Below the pieces are notes generated by a model, which was given only the letters and a program-made list of their open reading frames with translations, ran no database searches and was not told the DNA's origin. A DNA stretch of 64,000 bases from Mustelus asterias (taxonomy: Eukaryota), in contig NC_135821.1 in assembly GCF_964213995.1 (NCBI RefSeq), positions 4,960,001-5,024,000 of the forward strand. The letters run 5' to 3'. The stretch's first letter is position 1. Each line of letters starts with the position of its first letter. Positions 11,911 to 24,000 of the stretch are shown here, in pieces. A program made the position numbers and the translations under genes.

Positions 11911-13509
11911 ATGTCAGGGGGACTAGCAGGGTAAATACATGGGGTTACGGGGATAGGGCCTCGGTGGAAGTGTTGTTCGGTGCAAGCTCGATGGGCCCAA
12001 TGGCCTCTTTCTGCTCTGTAGGGATTCTACGATGCTATGAACTCAGCAGGTCTGGCATCAGCTGTGGAGAGAGAAACAGGGTTAATGTTTTGAGTCTGCC
12101 TGTCTCTTCTTCAGAGCAGAAGAGTGGCTGAGACGTCAGTGTTTCAGATGAAGTGTGCCCTGTTCCATCTCAGAAAGGTCGTGAGGAGATTTGACAGAGG
12201 CATTCCGAATCCTGAGTGGACTGGACAGGGGAGGTTGAGAGAATTTCCATTGATAGAAAGGCTGAAGATGCTGATTTGAGATGATTGAGAAGAAGCCATG
12301 ACGGCTCAATGAAGATCTTTTCCTGGGCAGTGAGTGACTAAGATCTGGAATGCGTTGCCTGAATGAAGGAAGATTCAATTGTGAATTTTCAAATGGATTT
12401 GAATCGAAGAGAAAAATATTTGAAGGGCAGTGGAGAAGAGTTTTTATATTCATTCATGGGACTTGGGCGTCGCTGGCTGGGCCAGCATTTATTGCCCATC
12501 CCTAGTTGCCCTTGGAGGGGCAGTTGAGAGTCAACCACATTGCTGTGGCTCTGGAGTCACATGTAGGCCAGACCGGGTAAGGACGGCAGATTTTCTTCCC
12601 TAAAGAACATTAGTGAACCAGATGGATTTTTCCGACAACCAACAATGGTTTCATGGTCATCAGTAGATTCTTAATTCCAGATTTTTTTTTAAATCGAATT
12701 CGAATTCCTCCATCTACCGTGGCAGGATTCGCACCCAGGCTACCAGAACATTAGCTGAGTTTCTGGATTAATAATCTAGTGATAATACCACTAGGCCATC
12801 GCCTCCCCTCTTTAGGGCAGAAAATTCCAGAGATTCACCACCCTCTGCGAAAAGAAATTTCTACACACCTCAGTTTTAAATGAGCGGCCCTTTATCTTGT
12901 AGCGATGTCCCCTTGTTTGAGACTCTCCCACTCGTGAAAACATCTCACCATCTACTCTGTCGAGCTCCCTCAGGACGTTATATGTCTGATAAAGGTCATC
13001 CCTCACTCCAAGGAATACAGACCCAGAATATTTAGTCTCTCTTAATAGGATAACTCTCTCATCCCAGGAATTAAGACCATAATATATAGTGTTAGTGAAG
13101 GACATTAGTGAACAAGATGGATTTTTCCACAATCGACAATGGTTTCCTGGTCATCAGTAGATTCTTAATTCCAGATATTTTTTATTGAATTCAAATTCCA
13201 CCAGCTGCTGTGGCGGGATTCGAACCCGGGTCCCCAGAACATTAGCTGAATTTCTGGATTAATAGTTCAGCGATAATACCAATAGGGTGATCCAAATGCA
13301 GTGGGGGCTAAGTTGAGTTGAACTTGCAGAGAGCGGTCCAAATGATCTCCTTCTGTTAGCCGAGGTGGGCTGTCTTTTTTATAAAAGCAAATTACTGCGG
13401 ATGCTGGAATCTGAAACCTTAATTTTTCAGCATTTTCTCTTTTGGTGTCTTTTTAAAAAATATTTATTTATCGGGGACATGGGTGTCACTGGCTGATCAG
13501 CATTTATTG

Positions 13510-14378
13510 TAAGAAGTCTCACAACACCAGGTTAAAGTCCAACAGGTTTATTTGGCAGCACTAGCTTTCGGAGTCTCGCTCCTTCATCAGGTGAGTGAGG
13601 ACTTGTGTTCACAAACAGGGCATATACAGACACAAACTCAATTTACAAGATAATGGTTGGAATGCGAGTCTTTACAGGTAATCAAGTCTTAAAGGTACAG
13701 ACCATGTGAGTGAAGAGAGGGTTAAGTACAGGTTAAAGAGATGTGTATTGTCTCCAGCCAGGACAGTTTGTGAGATTTTGCAAGCCCAGGCAAGTCGTAG
13801 ATAGTGTGACATGAACCCAAGATCCCGGTTGAGGCCGCCCTCATGTGTGCGGAACTTGGCTATCAGTTTCTGCTCAGCGATTCTGCGTTGTCGTGTGTCA
13901 TGAAGACCACCTTGGAGAACGCTTACCCGAAGATCAGAGGCTGAATGCCCGTGACTGCTGAAGTGTTCCCCGACAGGAAGGGAACACTCCTGCCTGGTGA
14001 TTGTCGAGCGGTGTTCATTCACCCGTTGTCGTAGCGTCTGCATGGTCTCCCCAATGTACCATGCCTCGGAACATCCTTTCCTGCAGAGTATCAGGTAGAC
14101 AACGTTGGCCAAGTTGCAAGAGTAGGTACCGCGTACCTGGTGGATGGGGTTCTCACGTGAGATGATGGCATCCGTGTCGATAATCCGGCACGTCTTGCAG
14201 TGATTGCTGTGGCGTGTCGTGGTCACTGTGACAGTGAACAGAACTCCTCACTCACTTGAAGAAGGAGCCTGAGACTCCGAAAGCTTGTGCTGCCAAATAA
14301 ACCTGTTGGACTTTAATCTGGTGTTGTGAGACTTCTAACTGTGCCCACCCCAGTCCAATGCCGGCAACTCCACATCAT
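13510..14378 (-). mobile_element. Penelope-like element 3' fragment with GIY-YIG endonuclease and inverted terminal repeats
   Basis: ORF 13672-14226 VVYLILCRKGC...YIGET...LRQRVNEH; 13510-13600 and 14245-14340 are inverted copies. Confidence 0.9.
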
Positions 14379-14556
14379 AGCATTTATTGCCCATCCCATT
14401 GACAATGATCATCTTTAGATTTTTTAATTCCAGATTTATATTGAATTCAAATTTAACCATCTGCCGCGGTGGGATTCGAACCCAGCTCCCCAGAGCATCA
14501 GTCTGGGTCTCTGGATTGCTAGTCCATTGATAACTGCTATGTGCCACTGCCACACC

Positions 14557-14778
14557 CAACATGGCTGACAAGCGGGGACTCGCCGTGAGACCACTCAAAA
14601 TGGCGGACGATGCTCGACGGTCGAAGCACGCGCGTCACTCTCAACATGGCGGCCGCTACCCTTTCCAATATGGCGGTGGCCAGGCCCGCCGTTGGCCAAT
14701 CAGCGGCCGCGGATCCGGCGGCGCGCGGCCTGTCAGGGGCAGGCGTCGGGCACGCTCCCGCGGCCTGTGCGCGCTCCC
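14557..14778 (+). promoter_or_regulatory. CpG-rich TATA-less promoter of gene B with four YY1-type motifs and a CCAAT box
   Basis: CAACATGGCTG 14557, CAAAATGGCGG 14596, CAACATGGCGGC 14642, CAATATGGCGG 14666, GGCCAATCAG 14694; high CpG density. Confidence 0.7.
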
Positions 14779-15015
14779 ATGGGCAGCCGCTGGCGCATCT
14801 TGGGCGGCCTGGTGCTGGGCTTGCAGCCAGTCCGCCGCTTGCCCCTAGCCCGGCCTCCGGCCCGGCCCCCCGCCCGGGCCCCGACACTCATCCGCAGCCG
14901 CTCCCAGCACCACGGGGGCAGCCAGAGCTACCTGAACTACCCGCGGGAGTGTGAGGAGGGCATCAACCGGCAGATCAACCAGGAGCTGTCTGCAAGCTAT
15001 GTCTACCTGTCCATG
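14779..15015 (+). CDS. Gene B exon 1 ([79 protein letters not shown])
   Basis: cccATGg start, 79 codons, GTGAGA donor at 15016. Confidence 0.87.
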
Positions 15016-18000
15016 GTGAGAGCCTGACACAGCCCAGAGACTCCCAATCCCAGAGAATCCCAATCCCAGAGAATCCCAATCCCAGAGAATCCCAATCCCA
15101 GAGAATCCCAATCCCAGAGAATCCCAATCCCAGAGACTCCCAATCCCAGAGACTCCCTATCCCAGAGACTCCCAATCCCAGAGACTCCCTATCCCAGAGA
15201 CTCCCAATCCCAGAGAATCCCAATCCCAGAGAATCCCAATCCCAGAGACTCCCAATCCCAGAGACTCCCAATCCCAGAGACTCCCTATCCCAGAGACTCC
15301 CAATCCCAGAGAATCCCAATCCCAGAGACTCCCAATCCTAGAGAATCCCAATCCCAGAGACTCCCAATCCTAGAGAATCCCAATCCCAGAGACTCCCAAT
15401 CCTAGAGAATCCCAATCCCAGAGACTCCCAATCCCAGAGAATCCCAATCCCAGAGACTCCCAATCCTAGAGAATCCCAATCCCAGAGACTCCCAATCCCA
15501 GAGAATCCCAATCCCAGAGACTCCCAATCCTAGAGAATCCCAATCCCAGAGACTCCCAATCCCAGAGAATCCCAATCCCAGAGACTCCCAATCCCAGAGA
15601 ATCCCAATCCCAGAGAATCCCAATCCCAGAGACTCCCAATCCTAGAGAATCCCAGTCCCAGCACATCCCAACAGGGAATCCCAGGGAATCCCAATCCCAG
15701 AGAATCCCAATCCCAGCACATCCCAACAGGGAATCCCAGAGAATCCCAATCCCAGAGAATCCCAATGCCAGCACATCCCAACAGGGAATCCCAATCCCAG
15801 AGAATCCCAATCCCAGAGACTCCCAATCCTAGAGAATCCCAATCCCAGAGACTCCCAATCCCAGAGAATCCCAATCCCAGAGAATCCCAATCCCAGAGAC
15901 TCCCAATCCCAGAGAATCCCAATCCCAGAGAATCCCAATCCCAGAGAATCCCAATCCTAGAGAATCCCAATCCCAGAGAATCCCAATCCCAGAGAATCCC
16001 AATCCCAGAGACTCCCAATCCTAGAGAATCCCAATCCCAGAGACTCCCAATCCCAGAGAATCCCAATCCCAGAGAATCCCAATCCCAGATACTCCCAATC
16101 CTAGAGAATCCCAATCCCAGAGACTCCCAATCCCAGAGAATCCCAATCCCAGAGACTCCCAATCCCAGAGAATCCCAATCCCAGAGAATCCCAATCCCAG
16201 AGACTCCCAATCCTAGAGAATCCCAATCCCAGCACATCCCAACAGGGAATCCCAGGGAATCCCAATCCCAGAGAATCCCAATCCCAGCACATCCCAACAG
16301 GGAATCCCAGAGACTCCCAATCCTAGAGAATCCCAATCCCAGCACATCCCAACAGGGAATCCCAGGGAATCCCAATCCCAGAGAATCCCAATCCCAGCAC
16401 ATCCCAGCAGGGAATCCCAAAGAATCCAGCACATCCCAGCAGGGAATCCCAGAGACTCCCAGCACATTCCAAAAGGGAATCCCAGAGAATCCACATCCCA
16501 ACAGGGAATCCCAGCACATCCCATCTTAGAATCCACATCCCAGAGAATCCCAACAGGGAATCCCAAAGAAACCCAGGAAAACCCAATGGCGACTTCTAGC
16601 ACATCTCAACAGGGAATCCACACCCCAGAGAATCCCAACAGGGAATCCTAGAGAATCCCAGCACAACCCAACAGGGAATCCTCATCCCAGAGAATCCCAA
16701 CAGAGAATCCCAATCCCAGGGAGCACCAACAGAGAATCCCAGCTCAGAATCCACATCCCAGAGAGTCCAGCACATCCTAACAGGGAATCCCAGAGAATCC
16801 CAATCCTGGACATCCCAGGAGGGAATACCAGAACATTCCATTCAATCCAGGATATGCCAGGAGGCAATCCCAATGATGTGAGGAGAAAATCCAGCAGATC
16901 CCATTTAACCCAACATATCTCAGGATGGAATCGCAGCAGATCCTCACTGTTTAATACATTCCAGGAGAGAATCCCAGCAGGGAAAACAGATCCAAGGACA
17001 GAATCCAACAGACACCAACACATCCCAGGTGGCAAATCCCAACGGGTAAACCAGCACATCCTAGCAGTAAATCTATCACAATTGCAGGAGAAAAACCAGC
17101 CCATCCCGTACAGCGTAGTGCACCCCCAGCAGTAGAATTCAATCATATCCCAGCAGGGAATTCCAGCCCACTCTTACTGTATAGCACAAATCTAGAACAT
17201 CCCATTACAACCCAACACATCCCAGCAGTGAATCCCAGTATATCCTCGCTCTCTAGAGTAATACCAGCCAGCACATCCCATTCAATCTAGAATTTATCTT
17301 CAATCTCAGTGGAGAGACCGGGATATGCCATCCTACCCCCTCAGAAATCTACTTTGATCACGTACAATGTAGCACGTCCCCCTCACAGCACCAGCAGAGG
17401 AACCAAACATATTCACTCCCAATCCCAGCACACAATTCCAGAGAGTTCCCCCACAATCCCAAAAATATAGAATCAGTTTGGGTAGAGATAAGAAATAGCC
17501 AAAGAAATAAGTTGCGGGCGTGCGGGCGTGGGGGGAGTTTTTCACACAGAGAGCAATGGGTGCCTGGAACGCGCTGCCAGAGGAGGTGGTGGAAGCAGGC
17601 ACATTAGCAACATTTAAGAGGCATCTGAATGGGTGCACGAATAGGGAGGGAGTGGAGGGATACGGACCGAGTAAGGGCAGAAGGTTTTTTTAAAAAACTT
17701 AGCTACGGCGTCATGATCAGCATGGATTTGGAGGGCCGAAGGGCCAGATCCTGTGCTGTACTTTTCTTTATTCTTTTGAGTTGTTTACAAGTCCCATAAT
17801 AGTAGCTACAAGACATAGTACAGAGCTTAAATCAAGACATAATGTAAGCAAAGGTAGTCCAAAGGTGTGTGGGTTAGGTTGATCGAGCTTAGTAAATTGC
17901 CCCTCAGTGTCAGGGAGATTATTAGGGTAAATATGTGGGATTACGGGGATAGGGACTGGGTGGGATTGTTGTCGGTGCAGGCTCGATGGGCTGAATAGCC

Positions 18001-21000
18001 TTCTGCACTGTAGGGATTCTATGAATAGTGGTGGGAGATTTTAATCTTCATAAAGATTGGACGCCTCAAATTGGCAAAAGTATATTTATTAGTATCACAA
18101 GTCGTCTTACATTAACACTGCAATGAAGTTACTGTGAAAATCTCCTAAGTCGCCACACTCCGGCGCCTGTTCGGGTACACTGAGGGAGAATTTAGCACGG
18201 CCAACCAGCACATCTTTGGACTGTGGGAGGAAACCGGAGCACCCGAAGGAAACCCACGCAGACACGGGGAGAATGTGCAGACTCCACACAGACAGTGACC
18301 CAAGCTGGGAATCGAACCTGGATCCCTGGCGCTGTGAGGCAGCAGCGCTAACCCACTGTGCCACCTTGCCACCCTAGTAGGCTGAAGGATGAGGTCATAG
18401 AGTGTAATTGGGACAGTTTCTTCGAACAATATGTTCTGGAACCAACCAGAGAACAGGCTATTTTAGATTAGTGATGTGTAATTAGGCTGGACTAATTAAT
18501 GACCTCATTGTAAAGAATCCTCTAAGCAAGAGCGATCATAACATGATAGAATATCCCGTTCAGTTTGAGGGTGAGAAATTTGTGTCTGAAATTTAAATAA
18601 AGACTGATACAAGGCCGTACGGACAGAGTTGGCTAAAGTGAAATGGCAGAAGAAAAGGTTAGACAGTAGCATAGCAGTGGCAGACATTTAAGGAGATATT
18701 TCATGACTCTTAATGAAGGTGTATTCCATTGAGAAAGAAAGACGCTCGGAGAAGGATGCAGTATTTGTGGAAGGAAGTTAACAGTGATATCAAGTTGAGA
18801 GATAACGTGCTGCAAAGATTAGTTGTGGAACAGGAGATTGGGAAGATTTTAGAAGCCGGTGAAGGAAGGTTAGAAAAATAATAGAAAAATTGGAATGTGA
18901 GAGAAATTAGCAAGAAATATAAAAGCAGACAATTATAGTTTCTACAAGTATATGAAAAGGAAGAGAGTAGCTAAAGTAAGCATTGGCCCCCTAGAGGATG
19001 AGACTGGGAATTAATAATTGGAACAAGGAAATGACAGATTTTGAACAAGTATTTTCTAACTATCTGCATTAAGCATACCATGAACAGTTGATCAAGACGC
19101 AAGTGGGAGGGAGGAACTTAAAACAGTCACGATCAGTACCTAATTTTTTATTTATTTATTAGTGTCACAAGTAGGTATACATTAGCACTGTAATGAAGAT
19201 ACTGTGAAAATCCCCCAGTCGCCACACTCCGGCGCCTGTTCGGGTAACACTGAGGGAGAATTTAGCACTGCCAATGCACCTAACCAGCACGTCTTTCGGA
19301 CTGTGGGAGGAAACCAGAGCACCCGGAGGAAACCCACGCAGACACAAGGAAAACATGCAGACTCCGCACAGACAGTGACCCAAGCTGGGAATCAAACCCG
19401 GGTCCCTGGCGCTGTGAGGCAGCAGTGCTAACCACCGTGCCAAAGTACTGGGAAAGCTAATGGGACTAAAAGTTGGATACATCGCCTGGCTAGCATTGAG
19501 CCGTGTAAGGCACAGGAGGAGGCCATTCGGCCCATTCTCTGCAGAACAATCCAGTCAGCCCTCTGCTTGATCACCATACCCCTAGCTTTCTGAAAGAAAT
19601 GGCTGTGTAGACAATAGGTGCATTCGTTGTAACCTTCTAAAATTCCATAGATTCTGGAAAGCAGCCAGTGGATTAGAAAATCACAGATGCAACCACAGTA
19701 TTCTAGAAGGGAGGGAGACAGAAAGCAGTATAATAAAATCAAAATATCACTAATGCTGCAAGTCTGAAATAAAAACAGGAAATGTCGGAGGAAAATCTCA
19801 GCAGTTCTGGCAGCATCTGTAGAGAGAGAGAAAGAGAGTTAATGTTTCAAGCCTGTAGGACTTCTTCAGAACTGAAGAGAGGTAAAAATGTGATGGGTTT
19901 TATGATGTTGGAAAGGGTTGGGGTGTAGATTTGGTGGGGACTATATTCTAACATCTGTCATTGGGAATATGCTGGAATCCATTATCGAGACAACAGACAT
20001 TTAGGAAAATAGTAATACAGTCAGGCAGGGTCAGTTTGGTTTTGTGGAAGGGAAAATGTATTTGACAAATTAATTAAGAGTTCTTTGAGGATGTAACAAG
20101 CAGGGTGGATAAAGGGGGACCTGTAAATGTAATGTATTTGGATTTCCAAAAGACATTTGATATGGTGCCACATAAAAAGTTACTGGACTGGATAAGAACT
20201 CATGGTGTTGGGGTGATATGTTAGTACGGATTAGAGGATTGACTAGCGAACAAGAAACAGGAAGTCGGGATAAACTGCTCACTTTCAGGTTAGCAAACTG
20301 TTAATTACTGGAGCACCACAGGACCCTGAACTATTTACTCATGGTGGCACGGTGGTTAGCACTGCTACCTCACAGCGCCAGGGACCTGGGTTCGATTCCT
20401 GGCTTGTGTCACCGTCTGTGCGGAGTCTGCACGTCCTCCCCGTGTCTGCGTGGGTTTCCTCCGGGCGCTCTGCTTTCCTTCCACGGTCTGAAAGACGTGC
20501 TGGTTAGGGTTCATTGGCCGTGCTAAGTTCTCCCTCAGTGTACCCAAACAGGCGCCAGAGTGTGGCGACTAGCGGATTTTTACAATAACTTAATTGAGTG
20601 TTAATGTAAGCCTGACTTGTGACTAATAAATAAATAAAACTTCGTACACCGGTGACTTGGATGAGGGGGTCAGACTGTATTGTAGCCAGATTTGCCATTG
20701 ATAGAAAGATGAGTCAGAATGCCAGATGTGAGGATGGTACAATCCAGAAAAGAGTTTCGACAGGTTAAGTGAGTGGGCAAGAAATTGGCAGATGAAGTAT
20801 AATGTAGGAAGATACGAGTTTGTCCACTTTGGCAGCAAGAACAAAAAAGCAAACTTATTTAAAAAGTGCGAGACTGCAGATTGCTATAATACACAGGGAT
20901 CTGGTTGGCCTTATACAAGAATCAGCAAGTCATGAAGGCGGCGAATGTAATGTTGCCCTTTATTGCAAGGCAGATTACTTCATTTTATTACATCAACAGT

Positions 21001-24000
21001 ACTTAGCACTGCTGCCACACAGCATCAGGGACCCGGGTTCAATTCCGGCCTTTGGTGACTGTGGGGAGCTTGCACGTTGTCCCCGAGTCTGCGTGGGTTT
21101 CCTCTGGGTCCTCCGGTTTCCCCCCACAGTCCAAAGATGTGCAGGTTAGGGAGATTGGCCGTGCTAAATTGCCCCTTCGTGTCCAAAGATGTGCAGGTTG
21201 GGGGGATTGGCCATGCTAAGTTGCCCCTTAGTGCCCAAAGATGTGCAGGTTAGGTGGATTGGCCGTGCTAAATTGCAGCCCACAGCCTGCAAAATAATTA
21301 ATTAAAGCAATTTTAAGGAGCATCTGAAAGGAGGAGAGGTTTAGGAGGGAACTGCAGGTCTTGGGGCCGAAGCAGATAGAATCCATCGAATCCCTACAGT
21401 GCAGAAGGAGGCCATTCGGCCCATTGAGCCTGCATCGACAACAATCCCACCCAGACCCTATCCTCATAGCCCCATGTATTAACCCCGCTAATCCCCCCTG
21501 ACACTAAGGGGCAATTTTAACACAGCCAGTCAGCCTAACCTGCACATCCTGGGACTGTGGGAAGAAACCAGAGCACCCGGAGGAAACCCAGGCAGACACG
21601 GGGAGAACGTGCAGACTCCGCACAGACAGCGACCCAAGCCGGGAATCGAACCCGGGTCCCTGGCGCTGTGAGGCAGCAGTACTAACCACCTCCCTATATT
21701 GTGGGCTGGCATATTGATGGGCCGAGGTCCCCGTGGTGTTCTCAGTTGTGTTAGGTAGTGAACGGTAGGCGACAGCAATGGTGACAGAAGGGTGGGATAT
21801 GTCTGTGCGGGGGTGGGGCACACCTTGGGTAGTGAGGGTGCTCTGTATCCTGCCGCCACTCGCTCTTCTTCTCTGTTTTCAGTCTTACTACTTCGACCGG
21901 GATGATGTTGCTTTGAGGAATTTTGCCAAGTTTTACCTGGAGCAGTCGTTTGAGGAGCAGGAGCATGCAGCCAAGCTGATGAAGTTTCAGAATCAGCGAG
22001 GGGGCCGCATCATCCTGAAGGATATCAAGGTTAGCGCAAGGGAGAGCTCTCCCTCCTTCTTTTCTTTCCCTTCTGACCCACTTCTCCCCTTGTCCCCCCC
22101 ACATTAATAAATGCTCCCCCTCCCCCCCCCCGCCCCCACTGAGCCTGCTGTCTTTATTTCTAGAAGCCGGATCGGGACGAATGGGGCAACGGATTGGAAG
22201 CTATGGAAGAGGCTCTGCAGTTGGAGAAAGAGGTGAATCAGTGTCTCCTGGACCTGCACAAACTGGCCTCCGAGCACGGCGATCCTAATGTGAGTCCTGC
22301 CACCCTGAATTACGTGTATAAATCTATCCACCTTAGAGCAGAAATGTTTCTGCGTAGACAGGATCGATACGTTCAAAATGATGGCAAGAGGAAATGAGGA
22401 GAAACTGTTTCCACTGTCAGGAGGGCTGGCGTGACACAGATTTAAGATCATTAGCAACAGAAGCCGAGAGATAGATGAAGATTAAAGATTAAATTTAGGG
22501 AAGTGAGTTGTCATGATTTGGAATCACATCAGCTTCTCAGAGCGGTACGGGTGGCACAGTGGTTAGCACTGCTGCCTCACAACACCAGGGACCTGGATTT
22601 GATTCCCAGCTTGGTTCACTGTCGGTGTGGAGTTTGCACATTCTCCCCGTGTCTGCGTGGGTTTCCTCCAGCTGCTCCGGTTTCCTCCCACAGTCCAAAA
22701 ATGTGCAGGTTAGGTGGATTGGCCATACTAAATTAACTAGTGTCCAAAGACGTGCAGGTTAGGTGGATTGGCCATGCTAAATTGCCCCTTAGTGTCCAAA
22801 GATGTGCAGGTTAGGTGGATTGGCCATGCTAAATTGCCCCTTAGTGCCGTAATATGTGCGGGTTACGTGGATTGGCCATACTAAATTGCCCCTTAGTGTC
22901 CAAAGATGTGCAGGTTAGGTGGATTGGCCTTGCTAAATTGCCCCTTAGTGTCCAAAGATATGCAGGTTAGGTGGATTGGCCATACTAAATTGCCCCTTAG
23001 TGTCCAAAGGTGTGCAGTTTAGCTGGATTGGCCATGCTAAATTGCCCTAGTGTCCAAAGATTTGCTGGTTAGGTGGATTGGTCATGCTAAATTGCCCCTT
23101 AGTGTCCAAAGATGTATAAGATGTGATTAGGGATGAATATGTGGAGTAATAGGGATAGGGCCTGGGTGGGACGCTGTATGAAAAGTCAGTGCAGGCTCAA
23201 AGGGCCGAATGGCCTCCTTCTGTAGGGATTCAGTGATTCAATCAGCTGTCTGAAAGAGCAGTGGAAGAAACTCCAGTGGTAATTTCCCAAAGGGAATTGG
23301 ATAAATGCTTGAAAAGGTAAAGTTTGAAGGACTGTGGGGAATGAGTAAGGGGAGTGGGATGAGTTAGATAACTCTGTCACAGAGGCAGCACAGACGTGAT
23401 CGATGGAAAAGCTTCCTTCTCCGCCAGGCAGTTTCTGATTGAAGGCAGAAGGAGGGAATCGAACAAAGTGCGGACTTTATGACTCTGCCACGTTTTGCTC
23501 TTCTTGGGTAGGTAAAGATTATGAGAATGTCCCCGTGATCTCTGGTCAGGAATGAGAATCGGGAAGGGGAGTGTGTACAATCCCCCCCGCATCATTGACT
23601 GAGTAAAATATGGAGAGAAGTTCCACCCTGACACAGAACCCCCACACAGTTACATCCCTGCAGCTTTAAAAGCCGGATGTACGTGGGAGGCGATGGCCGA
23701 GTGGTATTATCGCTAGACTATTAATCCAGAAACTCAGCTAATGTTCTGGGGATCCGGGTTCGAATCCCGCCACGGCAGTTGGTGGAATTTTAATTCAATA
23801 AAAAAATTATCTGGGATTAAGAGTCTACTGATTACCGTGAAACCATTGTCGATTATTGGAAAAACCCATCTGGTTCACTAATGTCCTTTATTGGAAGAAA
23901 GCGGTGGCACGGTGGCACAGTGGTTAGCACTGCTACCTCACAGCACCAGGGACCTGGGTTTGATTCCCGGCTTGGGTCACTGTCTGTGCGGAGTCTGCAC

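Noticed and set aside
14561-14954. ORFs 14561-14848 and 14610-14954 as separate genes
   Set aside because: GC-rich promoter frames whose ATGs are YY1 cores; no recognisable protein and out of frame with ferritin
15031-16500. AATCCC/GGGATT as telomeric repeat
   Set aside because: It is the reverse, not the complement, of TTAGGG, and the unit is 16 bp
15530-16529. Long ORFs (329 aa and 254 aa) in the 16-bp array
   Set aside because: Open only because the repeat unit lacks stops; intronic to gene B
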